Origin: Klebsormidium nitens
Lineage: Eukaryota; Plantae; Klebsormidiophyceae
Reading direction: 5' to 3'
DNA length: 64,000 nt
NCBI GenBank assembly: GCA_000708835.1
Contig: DF236980.1
Coordinates: forward strand, 225,999 to 289,998
Part shown: positions 25,475-40,000 of the stretch, piece after piece
Layout: every line of letters starts with the position of its first letter
Position numbering within the stretch: the stretch's first letter is position 1
The notes under the pieces: generated by a model
Told to the model about the DNA's origin: nothing
Database searches by the model: none
What the model saw: only the letters and a program-made list of their open reading frames with translations
Position numbers and translations under genes: made by a program

Positions 25475-26408
25475 TCCAAGTTCAGTTGCGGCCTTCAATC
25501 TCTGGGACTATCTTCAACCGCCCCAGCCGCTCACTTTGCACAATATGGATTTTACAGCCAATGCCAGACCGTCTCGATGCAGCCAACGGAGTCGACCATG
25601 GACAAGAAGCTGCAACGAATTGCATGCATGCGATGAAGTGTTGACATGCAAATGAGTAGGGCAGCTTTACGATACTAACATGTGGCACGATGCGCACCGG
25701 CGAACCTAGCTAGCTCCATTTAGTATTACGCGCATATACGCTCGCTCGCAACCAAAATTCCGGCGATGTCATCGGTATCGACTTTGCATGTGAACATGTC
25801 ATGTAACCCAACCAGTCAATATGCATGCAATATAGTTTGCATGCGGGAAAACATATCTGAACTCGACCCTGGCATGGTTACTAGGTAGTTGGTTATAACT
25901 TATAACCCATATAATTGAACACCATCACTGTGCGGCAGACTTTGCTACGCATGACTGAAGAACTCATATGTTCTGGCATGATCGATCTCATGAATCACTG
26001 GCGATCTGTACAAGCTAATGATACAGAGACTTAAAATGGCTGCCTCACTACCAAAAGGGTTTATATTCATCGTCACAGCATTGCCAGTGAAACGGATCTG
26101 CGTGCATAGCAGCGAGCTCGAGAAGATACGAAGGGAAGGCCAATGACACTGCAAAGCTGCATACTCGTTGTTTATGTTTAGGACTTTCAACGTGCTCAAC
26201 AATGGCTAGCGTATCCTAGATAACGGTGGGACTTCAGTATAAGTCCAGGGCCTCCAACAACAAGACGTCAACCCCCCAATAAAAGCCATTTCGGCAGCGG
26301 AGGTCCTTGCCAGAGATGTACATAACTTCTTTACCTTCGGCGCATACCTGGTGCAAGCACTTGACAACCTCCTACGAAACCAAAGTCATAAAACAAAACC
26401 ATTCCTGC

Positions 26409-29400
26409 CTAGTCGTCGTCCGAATCTGTAATAGCAAGGTCAACAAGACGTCAGTAGCTCACAAGTGGAGGGATATCGAGGTCACGAAGAAATGGTACCT
26501 ACTGTTGCCCCGTTCTTTCTTTACCAATCAAAAGCACGACCGCTGTAAGGTGTTGATTCGTCGAAATTTTCAGAGCCCACGTCATGAAAGCCACTTGTTG
26601 CTCACGAAAGTCGCCGGTGTCAGTTCCTTGCTACAAGAAACCATCCTTCCACTTTGTACCTGTCTGGTGAACCTCTCATGATGGTTGCAACCATCTCCGA
26701 GATTCCAGTGCACACTCGAGCAGCGAAAGAAGCAGCCATTTGCATTCCTCTCTGCATTTCAACATGTCCGCTTGTCTGGAATGGTAAACGGAGACCCGAA
26801 AACTGAAAGTTTCATCGAGAAAAGGATTTTGTCGAATCAACAGCGACTGCTGCGTGCAACTTTCACTTGAGTTGCGATAAGGAGGATTTCAAGACTGCCG
26901 TGCGACTGCGCTGTGACTGCGAGAAAAAGCCTAGTCCCAAGAAGCTGCCACCTCCTTGGAAAGTCAATACGGGGTTTGCTGGGAGTTTAGTATATCTTTT
27001 GCTCCTGGTATTAAGAAATTAGCTGGGGTTCAAAGGGGCTTGGTGCGCTTTCTCGTTCTGGTCGAGGCAGTCAACCCAGTAAAGGGGTCAGCCAAGAGGA
27101 TGGCGAATCACCCAAGAGGATGACAGTTCATTCCACCACTTTTGGAACATGTTACGTCAGTAAGGGATACAAAAACCTCGACAACTAGAGTGGAGAACGG
27201 CGGGCTCACCCGAGCGGACGTCATCCCCCACTGCCCCCGAGTTCTGGACCTGCTTAACGATCATGCGGCCAATCAGGTAGAACCAGTAGACGTGCAACAC
27301 GAGGAGCATGATCAGGAACGTGTTGAAGCAATAATAGTACACCACCGTCTCCGCCACGGTCCGGTTCTCCAGAAACGCCTTCTGCGCCTCGAATCTGCAC
27401 GACAATGAGTGATTGCGGACTTTGAAGAAGCACGTGCGAGCAAAACCTTTCGGACCAGTGGATCATGAAGATTTGCTACTCCTGGCATTCAAGCTCCGAC
27501 ATATCCGCAGCGACATGGATGCGGCGACCGAGGAAGTGCAGTCTACGGACTCCCGTCGCTCAAGCGGACTGGATTTTCGGGTAGCACGTACTTGTGAGCG
27601 ACGACGACAGCGGATAGCGCATGCTCATTGGTCGCCCATGAGGCGAGTCAAAAGTAATCGAAGAGTATCAGCAAGCGTAAGAACAGAACGTGCAACAACT
27701 GGGCGACTGCAGGCCAGTGCCACATCCGTAGCGTTTTGAAAGCACGAGCACCATATCGATCTCCGGCTCATTGCCGAATCCTTACGCGGTGCTCCGGATG
27801 AGATACGTGGGATAGTAGATGAGGCGGAACACGAGCCAGCTGATGGCAAACAGGGCGAACGTGACGCTTGCCCCAATCTCGTTCTTGCTGTACTTGAACA
27901 GCTTGGCGCCCTCGAGTAGGATGTCGCTGATGTCATGCGCGAGCAATACCATGTTCCCAACTCGGACAAACCTGCGGGCGGATTTTGGGTTAGCAATGTT
28001 CTCGTATCTGCTTGCTTGTTCTCTCAAATCCTCTTCTAAGATCTGTAGGCAAGGGATTCTTTCGCTTTGACGACTCAAATAGGACTTTGCTTGCTTGTTC
28101 TCTCAGAAACCCTTTTAGATTTGTAGGAGAGGAATTCCTTCGGCTTTGATGTGTCAATCAGAACTTTGCTCTTCAATACGCAATGCAGTTAGCCTTCTGA
28201 ATCGAGCTTGTGCTGATTGGGAGTATGATCCCTTTGACGGATCTACAATACAGCAAATAGTTGACAAGTCTTGTTGCAAGGCGAGATTATCCACAATCCA
28301 CCCGAGCTACTGCGGCTGGACTTCGTCAACCTTACAGGCTGCAGAAGTAAAACAGAAGTCCGTTCTCATTTGAAACCTGACTATGCTCACCATTGGTGAG
28401 TGGGTCTGATTAACAGTGCAATTTGACAAGATGCAAAGAGGCAGTCAGGCGGCAATCCTATCTTGTTACGAACGAACGGTCATTGAAGCGGTCAGAGGGC
28501 AACAACAGAATGGGACGAGATACATTAGCGACATCAAAGACGTGTGACTGATACTCACCCAGTGAAGTACGAGTAGCTAATAAGGACGAGCGTGCCAATA
28601 TGGTGAATGGTCATCACTCCGAAGTCTTTCCGCTTGGTCTCCCAAAGGAGTAAGAAGACAATCCCGTAAGAGTAGAACCCGAGTTCCGAGGCATAGAACA
28701 ACTTTAGATCCATCCTGCAGAGGACCAATCAGAAATCAAGCGCACGGCTGGATGAGGAGAAGCAAGGGATGTCATTCAGGCACACAATAACGATGGGGCG
28801 TCTGAGAAACTGATGCAAAGATGTGCAAAACTACATTAGAAGAAGGATTGAGGGTAACAGTTCTATGATAGAAAGAGCACTTGTGGCGGCGCCCTGATCT
28901 GTGATGGTCTACAGAAAGTTTAAAGATTAGGCTCTCCACTCCTCATGTCCTGCTGAGGCTGGCAACCACTCAAGCAGGAAGCCTCCTCTCACCTCATCTT
29001 CTGTTCCGGCCACCCCTTCCAGAAGTTTAGCGTGCCCTTTGTGATCCACCACTCCTTGTCATAGGTGATATACACTCCATACGACCACGCGAGCGCATAG
29101 AACAGCAATTTCCAGGCGCTCTCCTTGTACTTCCTCACAGCGACCTCCTTCCGCTCTGCAGCTACTTTGTTGACAGGCTTCTTCCCATCGTCGACGGTTG
29201 CCCTGGCGGCCATCTTGAAATGGAGTGGAAGTGGTGGTAAGAATCAGGGAAGCAAACTGGTTTTGCAGGTTTTTGGGCCAAGAAGAAGATCCTCACCCCA
29301 AACAAATTAACAAAGTCCAATTCTCCGGTCGAGTAAGCCCCCCACCCTTCAGTAAGGCTATAAGGAGGAGTGACTTAAGATGTAAGTTGGTGTAAGTCAA

Positions 29401-29924
29401 AGGCACACACTGTAGGATCTCTTGGTCCTTTTCTTGAACCCGTTCTGAGAACCGTGGAGAAAGGACCACTGAATTGCAACTTTAGTAGCCTATTTAGAAT
29501 CAAATGAACATAGCGATCATAGCGTATAAGAGGACTGTAACGACCACGAGGAGGCAGAGAGACTTTGACATTCGGCCCTTCGTTCCAGACCCAACCGATG
29601 AATGCAGACCAAAGCTGAGGTATGGAGCAATCATCCTTACAGCAAGTGTCACCTGCAATCTCTGCAATTATATCGGAAGTTGGAGACAGGAAGGTGCGAA
29701 TCGATGTTGCCAGTTCAGCTTGAAAGATAGAATGAGCCACCGCTCCTATCTGAACAGGCAACAAGATTTGGAAATTTTGTGAGAAAGTGAGGTCTGAGAC
29801 TAACGTCAAAGATTGTCACGTAGAGAAGCTTCTGCAGCACAGGGTACGCGCAGGCGAAGAACAGGGCATACTTTAAGTCCTGCCACACAGGGTATGACTC
29901 CTGCCCTATCCATGGAGCTTGCAT
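26409..29924 (-). CDS. LAG1: Ceramide synthase (LAG1/LOH family, TLC domain); exons 29924-29805, 29213-28993, 28714-28559, 27971-27786, 27394-27210, 26425-26409
   Basis: KYKESAWK, the Lag1p motif RKDFGVMTIHH...LAHDISDILLEGAKLFKY, LHVYWFYLI and a C-terminal DDVRSDSDDD*. The start codon and the exon-2 acceptor are less certain. Confidence 0.92.
28010..28149. repeat. Two degenerate ~79-bp direct repeats in a ceramide synthase intron
   Basis: gcttgcttgttctctca...tagat.tgtagg...ctttga starts at 28010 and again at 28089. Confidence 0.75.
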
Positions 29925-30748
29925 TTTGCAATTTGCAGTTCGGAGGGGCAAAGATGGTTGGATCTATGGTGAAAGGCCGGGCCTTGATGCTGATTTTCAG
30001 GGCTGTGTTTCAATCGAAACCCAAAGTTTGAGCTCTCTTACTCAAATACAAACTAGGAGGCTGTCAGCTGACATCGTACGAATCAGGTCTGATAATACCC
30101 TCTGAGCTTTGACAAATATCCTACAAGAGACAGCGCCCCTTCGCAATGAACTTGCAATCGAATCTGGTTGCGGGTCTCTCGATCAGGACTTCCACGAACA
30201 CCACAGTCCAGAGCTCACAATTGGAGCAGCCTTTCCAGAAAGTCTCCCTTGGCAAGGCACTCTGCTGCTGCATTCCTGAGCTCTCATTGATGCTGAATAA
30301 TGAATTCTGGCTTCGTCAATGATAATGTGCGAAACAGAGGTGCGTGATTTCTTTTTCGGAGCAGAGTCCGGTACCAACGTTCCGTTGTTCCGCTGTTGGA
30401 ACAGCGGAATGGCAGAAAGCTCGGACTTCAGCCTTCGCCATCGACTTCGAAGCAGATGTGGTGTCAGGCTCCGTCGCCGTCGGCGTTGGACCATCATCCT
30501 CCATAACGGAAACGTTTGTTTGCCAGGCAGCAGCCTCCACTGCCAGCTGTCAGTGTGAGACAGCAGAAAATTCATCTTCGAATGGTGGGAGGTGCGCTCG
30601 CTGCTGGTGCTTGAGTGAGGAGTGGTGGTAAGTGTGGTATTGCATTTGGTTCGCCTTCGCAGGGGGTCGGAGGAGGGAGCAGGCCTCTGCTGCTAAGTGG
30701 GTGTTGAAAGAGACCGCTGAATTTTGTTCTGTTGCCCAACTTCAAGGA

Positions 30749-33646
30749 ATGGCGAAGAAGAAGGGATCAATGAGCCTGAAGGACTTCCATGGTGGAGAAA
30801 TCAGGAGCGACTTACCATTGCCTTCCAAGCCAGGCGTGTAAGTCTTCGTTGTACCTTTTGATTGGCCATCTCTGAGTGTTGGTGCAACTTTGTCTACTCT
30901 GGCTCAGATCATATTTGATTACCACTAACAAGTTGCATTGGCTGATCTCACCCATCTTGCGGCTCTGGGAAGTTTCTCGACCATTCTCTCAGCTCACTTT
31001 ATGGTGGCTCTGATCAAAAGTGTAGTTTTTAATTGACAGGATTATCCATGTGGTGGAATGCAAGGCTCTCATCTTAAGAGTGCTCGCCTGCTGAAGAAGC
31101 TGCCTCCTTCTCCTCTTGAATGGATGCAAGACTTGAACGCACACCGATTGCCAATCAGTGTTGCGTCAAGTCAACCGTGTTTATTATCGATGCCTGCAGA
31201 CTTCCGGATCGCCGCTCAGGTTTGATACTATGAAGCTTTCCTCGTCCATCATTTACGCAGTCACAGATAACAAACTTGCCGGTGAAGTGCTCTCAGCTTC
31301 AGCAACTTCAGAACTCCAGAAAAGCTTGTAGAAGCACAGCAGCTCGACAAAGCGCACCACCGCCGAGTGACTGTGCTCATGCCTTGCTGATCATCCTCTC
31401 CCTGCTTGGTCTAATCAGTAACTAAAGAAGTCCTTGTGAGAGCGCGTCAGCTTGGCTAAGATTCTCCTTACCACTTGCAGAGGAACGGAGACTAACATCA
31501 AGGCATCATTCGGCGGCGACAGGGCCTTTTCCGACCCAAGCCGCGACCGCTTGGTCCCCGCTTACGGCCATGGCAACTCCCGCGCTGCCCCCCCGCCCGA
31601 CCGCGGCTACTTTCCTGACTCCTCCACCATCGGCAAGAACTATGAGGAAGACGAGCGCAAGCCGGTTGGAGGGGGCAGCGCCAAACGGCCAGAAAATGCA
31701 TTTTCAGGGGGCGCCCCTGCCTACCCGAGCCATGTGGTGACGGAGCGCTTCCCTCCATCCGGTGGGGGGTTCTCCTCCCGCCTGGCCGAGCTGCCAAGCA
31801 CGCCCCCCCCCCAGCAGAACAGCCCCCCGAAAGCGGAGCACCGGCCGAAGCTCACCTTGACGCCACGGAGCAAGCCGCTGGAGGACGACAGCACCGCTGA
31901 CGTCAGCATCACGCCCGGGGCGCAGGTGCTGACGATTGAGAGGAACGCGTTCAAGGAGAGCGGGGATGCACGGCCAAAGACGGGGGGAGACGAGGGGCGG
32001 GGTGGCGGGGAGGGCGGGGACGAAGAGCGGCCGAAAGAGCGCCCGAAACTGAACCTGAAACCGAGGTCGCAGGAGGTCGGGGCCGCGCAGGAGGGGGAGC
32101 AGAGCAGGCCTGGGGTGTTTGGGGGTGCCCGGCCGCGCGATGTGGTGAGTAGTCCTGGCCGACTATGCAGCGGTTGCATTGAAGTACTTGTGGAAGCTTC
32201 GATTCAGGTTCAATGCAAGCTTGGCAAAGGTTGCTTCAGCTTGGAAAAAGTGTCCAGCGATTGCAGGAATTAGCTCTTCGTTCTTTGGTGGCTGGGCGTC
32301 AGATTGGATAAGCTTGTTGGACGGGGATGCCTGTGAAGGTATTCAATGTTTGGTAAGTGCTCAGTCGAATCAGGCCGCATCTAGGCACCATATTGATGTC
32401 AGCGAGCGTTTCTGTTTTACTTGTTTGCTGCAATGGAAACGTCTTTCTCTCCTCCAGGTTTTGAAGGAGCGTGGAGTTGACGAGGCAACTATCGTTGGTG
32501 TTGTGGACAAGCGACCTGTGGACAGGTGCGTCGTTTCTTCTTTCACCACCAAGTTTGGTTCTTGTTCCAACTTGTCCTCCAATATTTCTCGGTTCCTCAG
32601 GGCAAGTAGACCATCGCCAACCACTCGTTCTGAATACTTCTTTGTTAGGCAGGTCGATCAAGGTTTTGATCCAGCCAGCACTTCTTGCCGATCAGAAGGC
32701 TCTGAGATTTTCCAGATGTAGCAGTTTGCAGAGACCGAACTGCGAAGCCGTTCAGTCTACCTGCTTGACTTCATCTTAACTTCGATTGTTTGCGTGATTA
32801 TCAGATTTCAAAATTGATCGGATTCGGAGCAATCCCGCTCGGCACTAATACAATCTCTGCACTGACCCTTCCTAGTCTCATTTTGACAGTCCAAAGCCGG
32901 AGCCCTCCCCAGCTCGAGTTGCAAGCCCTGACAAGCAGAAGTGGGGCAAGCTCGGCGAAGAGCCCCGGGAGGACCGGTACGTCAGGCCCGAGGCTCAGCG
33001 GTACGTACCCGAGGCTCAGCGGCGCCCCGGGGGCGACCTCCGGGAGAACGGCCCGACCCGGAACGGCTGGAGAGATGGCTCAGAACGACCGGGACTGCAA
33101 GATGGAGGGGCGTTCCGGGGATCCCCGAACGGCAAGCCTGAGGGGGGTTTCGAGAGGCAGGGCAACGGGGGGGGGTTCGAGCGACAGGGCAGCGGAGGGT
33201 TTGCTCGAGCCGCGAGCTTCGGAGACAACCGGGGGGGCGCTCAGTGGCGCCAGGCGAAGCCCGCGTCCCCACCGATCCGTTCGGCGCTTATCGACGCCTC
33301 TGCGAAGAAGGATCCGTGGGAAGCGCCTTTGACGTCGCTCCAGCTTGCGGAAGCTTTCTCGCGGTCGACCAGTTTCGGGTCGGGGGGGCAGGGCAGGGGG
33401 CCCGGAGCTTCCCCCTGGGGTGGCCCGAACAAGGCGCCCGCTGGTGAGGGATCCCTGGGGAGGAGGCCAGACCGGGGCGGCGGTTTTGGCCGGGGGCCAG
33501 CAAATTTTGGCGGACGAGGGGGCTATTCAAGTGGGCGTGGCAGTGCAGGGTTCGGGGGACCCGGGAGGGATGGATATCGGAGGGCTGAGAATGAGTATCG
33601 GGGGCCTCCCAGGTCGCAGGTGTATCAGGATGACGAGAGGGGCTGA
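30749..33646 (+). CDS. eIF4B-related, low-complexity Gly/Arg/Pro-rich plant protein; exons 30749-30837, 31481-32144, 32458-32525, 32890-33646
   Basis: N-terminal MSLKDFHGG..SDLPLPS.PG, IGKNYEEDERKP, RPKLTLTPRS and RPKLNLKPRS, VFGGARPRDV|VLKERG, QLAEAFSRS and an RGG-rich tail. Phases are consistent. Confidence 0.75.
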
Positions 33647-34657
33647 GAGGAAAGTGCGCCAAGCAGAAGCAGTCGTGATTGCTTTTGCTTTGCCGGAAGC
33701 CGCAGGTCAGGGACGAAGTTTCAGACCAGGTATGATTGGTGAGGTCAAGATTGGTTTGCATGTTGTAGGAAGTCAGCCTAGACGAATGGTACTTGAATGA
33801 CACAATTAATTCCTTGGTGACTGTCTGGTGATTGACAAGCAGGTGGCCTGCGGTGACGTTGTCCTAGAGTCCACAAGAGAGTCCACAGATGCTGAGCTAA
33901 TCGCAATTTGCAGTGCAGCCCTAGGGCCTGCATGACCAGGTTGACAAGTTGTAGGTCAGAGACATGCAGACAACAAGTTAGGGACGTTGACACTGTATGA
34001 GATCTAGGTTTGGTTAGGAAGCTTGATGCACGAGTACTAAGCCAGTGCACAGTGCCAATCATGCTATCATGCATGGATGATTCTTAAGTTTCACAACGAT
34101 TCAGCGAGTACCGGTCCTGAAATTGCAATATGGGGGACGGTTGGCTGAATGTACTCGTATGTGCACATGCACGCCTGTACATTCATGATTGCAATCGATT
34201 CCACATTGTGTACTCAAAGCTGTTCCGATATGCATGTGCAGCACGCATAGCGTTCTGTAGCGCTCCTACCCACCTAAATCTTCTCGACAGTCTTGCCAAT
34301 CACAGCTCAAGCTAAATTGCCGACGCTTGTCATGGTAAATGAAAGCTGCTCGCATCCAGTGTATGAGCATGCCACTGTAAATTCGGTTTCATGTCAATGC
34401 GTGACAATGCACAGGTTTATGCTTGTTGGCTGGGCTTCACCAAAAATGGCTTCTCAGGTTGAGGCATTCACAAACTTTTAGATTCTCACCATGAAGGGTC
34501 CTTCCAGGAAGGTTACATGCATGATGAGATACTCAAAATCTTCCTACCGTACGGTATCCTATGTAAACTTTTATGTCTGGGGCACTGGATTCAAAGTCTA
34601 TCACAAACGAACTCTATAGGAGGCATTGCTATTCAAGCAATGTTGAGGGGCTGCCAC

Positions 34658-36401
34658 TTAGAGGACCTCGTCCTTGGCGCCGGTGATCTTGCCCTTCAGC
34701 TCCTCAATGTCAGACAACAACTCTTTCCTGCTCGACTGCAAAATCACAGGGCGAAAGCATAAGCTGGGCTGCCTGCTATCAGGACATCATGCATTTCCTG
34801 TCAACAGAGACCAAGATCCTCTGGTCACGTCCTGCAGGGCAAGATACATTCTGACGCTTTGCTGAGAAAGCCGAAGCCTGCCATGGTTGAGGAGGCTCTG
34901 CTACATTACGAAACTTTCAACCTGCTCCATGCAAGGTAGAAACAGACTCTTACCTTGAAGAGGAGGTACCGGTACACAAACCAGCCGGTGTATCCCAATC
35001 CAATCAGCTCTGCAAACTTCGGCAGCTGCAGAACAAGGAACATCCGTCATCAATTTGCAGGAAAGTCAATGCCTTCTGCAGCGCTCGTTAACTTGCGGAA
35101 CATGAGCAAGCCTGGCACTTGACGTGCATGGAGTGATCCCGGGACGCTTGCTATGAGAGTCGCTCATCAGGCCCAGAATGCAAGCCGATCACCAAACTGC
35201 CATCAATGAGGGTCAACAATCTCCAGCCACTTGGCGGCAGCTCTTAAGTTATGAAAACGAGACAAAGTCGGTACCAACTTAGAGCAATATACTCCTCGCA
35301 ACATACCCGCCATCATTGCAAGAGAACCCATTCCTTACCTGTGGACAGTCATATACGGAGCCATATCGCTGTTAATGTGTACAGAAACCACGAGCGCTCT
35401 TAATGTGTACAGAATAGAAGCAATTTTGTCCTTGCAATGCGTTCCTGATTGTTTGAGCCCAGAAGTGAATCAAATCCAACTAAGGAGGGACTGAACAAAA
35501 CCAAAGGAAAGGCTCTCACCAGAGGGACAGAGTTGATAGCCCCAACAATTGTGGATGACAGCCACAGGGCGACAAGTGCACCTCCACCATACAGGTACAC
35601 AGACGACTTGTTCTCCACCTTGTCCCACTGCAAAAAGGATGATCGATTGAAGTTACTAAAGCATGTCAGAGTTGAGGGCTTGGAGATGCTCAGACTCGGA
35701 ACTGCAATGCAACTCCAAGCACACTGTCAATGTACATACTAAGTCAATCAGAATTGTTTGAACATGCTATCTGAAATCAAATAGGCAGTTTTCCAGATCA
35801 TGAATACCAGGCTGCTCCTTAATTCGTGCAGCGCACACCTTCTCTTGGAGATCCTTCAAGAGGTCCTCTGTCTGCGCGTCGATACTCTCAACTGGGTCCT
35901 CGACCTGCTTGGCAGAAATCTTGGTGCGGGATGGGTAGCGAGCACCTAAAAACACAAAGCATCATAGTCAGCAATCCAAGCTGCTAAAGTCGACAAAGAG
36001 TCTGCATGAGTAGTCTTTCTACCAGAGTAAAAAGGCCCCTACCTGTGAGTTACCGAGGGTTTCGCTAAACTCTGTTCAACATTTTCGCATGTGGGATCGC
36101 ACGCTTTTTCCTCTGGCCATGCACAAGACATGTTCGACGAATATGCTCCAGATCCAGACAGGATTCACTGAGATTCCCTTTCTCGAACGGGGCTCCTCCA
36201 CAGAAGCTGCATAACTTGCACACTTTTACCTGAAACTGCCTTTGCGAGGCGCAGGCTTCTGCCATTGAAGCTCGATCCTGCGCATGACCCACGCACGGGC
36301 AGGGCCGGAACACCGGCAGGAGCCTCAGTCCTCAGACTGGAGGGGGCCGTCAGAGCAACGAAAGAGCTCACGGCCGAGGAGGCAATGCAGGCAGAAGCCA
36401 T
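34658..36401 (-). CDS. CURT1: CURVATURE THYLAKOID 1 (CAAD domain); exons 36401-36230, 35945-35839, 35627-35520, 35025-34954, 34735-34658
   Basis: A transit peptide is followed by WDKVENKSSVYLYGGGALVALWLSSTIVGAINSVPL|LPKFAELIGLGYTGWFVYRYLLFK|SSRKELLSDIEELK. Confidence 0.95.
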
Positions 36402-37095
36402 GGCGACAGGTTGAGGAAGGTGGCGATGGCGTCCAGATCTGAGTGCCAAGAATTGATTGAATCAATGCAGACGCGGTTCAGCAACTTTCTTTCCACCTTC
36501 GACTAACCCGCGGTCCACAAACCAAGGGTTAAGGTACCTCTAAAATAACCGCCGATTGTAGATGGCTTTGTCTCGTCAGGCGGTGGCTGACCGTATCCAA
36601 ATTGGTCTCGTTTCAATTTGCGTGACGTGTACCCGGGTGGGCACGTCAAAACGGTTTGCATGCCGTCAAAGGTTACCGCGGGTCTAAATCAGGGTTTGGC
36701 CTGCTTCAAGTTCTGGGGAAGATGGTTACGTCTTCAGAACAGGCTGAGGAAGGGTCCGAAGGGCCCAGCTTGTAAAGGAGGCTCCTGTGGTGCATCCTCG
36801 AGGTGGAATGTGCGGAGGGCCAGAGAAAAGAATTCGGCAGTACCACCCTGGTGGCACCTACCTAATCTGGTGTAGCCTGCGGGGGAAGCAATCAAGCTCC
36901 GAACAACCAACTATAGTCTGTTGTGAAAGTGCTTGGCGAGCTGGTGTGGTAGGCACCTGATGCAGAGGATGAGATTGTTTCACGAGGCGGCACGGAAGAT
37001 GGTTGTTGAGTTGGTGAAAAGCTGGGGTGCTTAAAAGCTCTAACCTTAGGGAGCCGCAAAGCTCCAGAAAGTGGTCAGAAACGAGGCACGATAAG

Positions 37096-40000
37096 ATGGC
37101 AGGTGCTACTGCGAGTCACCTGGTTACTGATGCCGAGCCTTCAGAAGCAGAAGTGCTAGATGTGCTTGACATTTCTGGTGGACGCTTCCCCATCCTCGCG
37201 AAGGAAAACCTGGCAAGTACGTTTCTTCGGAAAAGGGGTGGCACTGGAGTTGCAGAAGACGGGCCGCCTATGCGACGTTTAGAAAGGGGCTCCTTCTCTT
37301 TGTCGCCTGGCTTTGGGAAGCTGCCGTCTCTCAGGGTCTTAACGCTCTTTGCCAAGGAGGTTCAGGTTTTGCCTGAGCAGGAAGGGCTCCTGAAGCACCA
37401 CCAAAAACGTGCTTTGCAAATTCCTGAGCGCAATATTCTTGAGCTTCCTGACCACCACGGAGCAGAAGCTACACAGGATCTTGACATACACAAACTCCCG
37501 GTGAAGCTGTTGACACCAAGGCTGCCTGCTTACCAAGGGAATCTATCTGCTCTTCGACGACTTGTGGTCACGCAGTATGCAATCACGTAAGTTTGCTGGC
37601 TCTCGTGCTTCCAATCCTTGTTCATGGAAGGTTCCATCTCAAGTTCTGACTAAAGATGCTCATATGATCCTAGAATAATACACCGTTGGAGAAAGGAATA
37701 ATTTTATTATGGGAGGTTAAAAAAGAACTTACTGCGTTGTAGAATGCAAGATATCAAAAGGCGCAATAACAAAGCTCTTCATGGCGTGCTTCAACAGTTC
37801 CCTTTCCCTTGTTTCCAATCACTGATATGTGTATCTTGCACTACAATCTAAGAAAAGGCTGTAATCAATAGAGAAGCATAAGACTTTTCATTGACAACTT
37901 CCCCAACTTCCTGCTTTATGCAGTCACATTCAACCTGAGATTGTGGCTCTCACAAGCCTCGAAGAGCTTGACCTTAGTTTCAACCGAATCTCCTGCATCC
38001 CCTCCGAGATTGGCAGCCTTGTGGGGCTGAAAGTCCTGCGATTGAGCAGCAACAGAATTGCATCGCCTCTGCCTGCGGAGCTTGAGCGCCTGGTGTCCCT
38101 GGAAATCCTGATACTCAGTCACAATAAGCTGACAAGTATCAAGCCAGTCAACCTCGCCAAGCTGCTATCCTTGACGTACTTGGATCTACAGGTGAGTGCT
38201 TTGATTCCCGCAGTATTTTGGTTCGTACCAGTGGGTTTGTCAGGCTATGAGAAGTGAACATTTGCAGTCACCTTTTTAAGATGGACAGAGCTTCGTGCTG
38301 GATTCCTCGACTCAAGCAGCTGTACTCCTGGTGCACTCATTGTTTGTATCTTACAAGCTTGCCCTCCTGGGATTTAACATGAGCTTTGCTGGCTTCAGGA
38401 CAGAGAGAGAGGATTGCAGATTCTCCTTGTCACCTGTACAACATTTCTTTATCCTTTTAAGAATCTAATCCGTCTTTTCTGCAGTACAATGATCTGCAAG
38501 AGGAAGTTGAAGAACCAGCCTGGGTGACCTGCAATCTGGAGGGCAACGAGCTCCTGACAAGTGACAACTTTGGGCTGGAGCTTCTTGAAAGACCGTCAGA
38601 CGAGGAAACGGAGCCAGAAATCAAAGCAGAAGATGCGTCTGTAGATAAGGAGATGACGGACTTGCAACGCCCCTCTGTAGAGCTGCCGCATCTTGATAAT
38701 GCATTTCAAGCAGAGTCACGGGTAAAGAGCCCTGTCCGAAAACGGGAGCGTCAGGATGTTGAGGCTTGGGAAGAAGACGCCCCAACAGAAAGGGAGTGCA
38801 GAATGGCTGACGTGATACCTCCCTTAGAAGAGGACAGCTTGGGTGGAGAAGGCAGGGACGTAGGCGAGGGGGAGGGGGAGGGAGGAGCAGCGCCAAAGCC
38901 TGAGGACGACATTTCGATTGAGGATGCGGCTCGGGAAGATGCTGAAGAGCCGGGGCTCGAGCGGGAACTGAAGATGAACGACGTAGCGCTGCAGGCTGAG
39001 GAGCTCGCTGCGGGTGCCAACGATGGAGCGAGTGACCCGGCCAACATCGAAGATGCAGCGGCACTGCAGCAAGAGCCCCCCGGCACCCCCAAAATTGAGG
39101 AGGGGCTTGCGGCCTGCGAGAACGAGGCAGAAGCTCCCGATGGGGATGGCCAAGAGGAAAGGGTTCGGATGGGAAGGTCGCAAAGCAGGGAAGAATCAGC
39201 GCATAGCGATAGCGAATGTGAGGAATGGGAGGAGGAGGAGATGGCGCTGGGCCGGAAGCATGTGCGGAGGCGGGACGGGAATCCAAAGCCAACCAAGCGG
39301 CGGAGGGCGGTATTAGAGTCTTCTCCAGTGTCTGAGAAATACCATCGGGAGTCGCTTTGTGGGGTGGACGATCGGTTGCACGACGGGTTTTACGACCCAG
39401 GGAGGGACAGGCCGTTCCGGTCACTGGAGGAGTTTGAGCGGGAGGCGCCCTGCCTGCATTCTCGGGAGGTCATCCTCGTGGACAGGTGCGTGCATATTTG
39501 GCATCCGTCCTGGCGGCCTCTACGTGTGACGAAAGATCATGGCAGCCATACTTCTTGTAGTATCCACCGCAAAGTTGAAACTTTTCAACCATCTGCTGTT
39601 TTCGCTTTCAAGACAGGTCTGGAACCCGAGTTCGTCTGGTTCACTTGTAAAGCTGTCCGCTGCTGGTCTCCAAGAAGCAGTTCATAGAATATTGCCTCTT
39701 CAGGGTGCCTTCGAGGCAACTTCAACCTTTGCTTGACGTCATCGTTGCCATTTTCGTGTCGGTGCGGATCCAGCAGGTTACTATTGCCCTTTCTCTCTGA
39801 ACTCATCAATTGAGCAGAAAGTGTTTCTCTACTTCGTCCGATTCGGCCAATCAGATAGTGATTGCTTTCCAGACGAAAGAATCACACCTACCGGTGCAGG
39901 GCCCGTGACGAGGACCTTGATGTCATCGCCAGCTCCGCCCGGAGCCTCCTCTCCAACCTCCAACCCGCGTGTTCCAGCACCGAGCACAGCGCGCGCGCGC

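Noticed and set aside
30316-30540. ORF MEAAAWQTNV... as an N-terminal extension of the ceramide synthase
   Set aside because: There is no convincing donor/acceptor pair joining it to 29924, and the Met at 29924 already matches the usual family start. Unresolved without cDNA.
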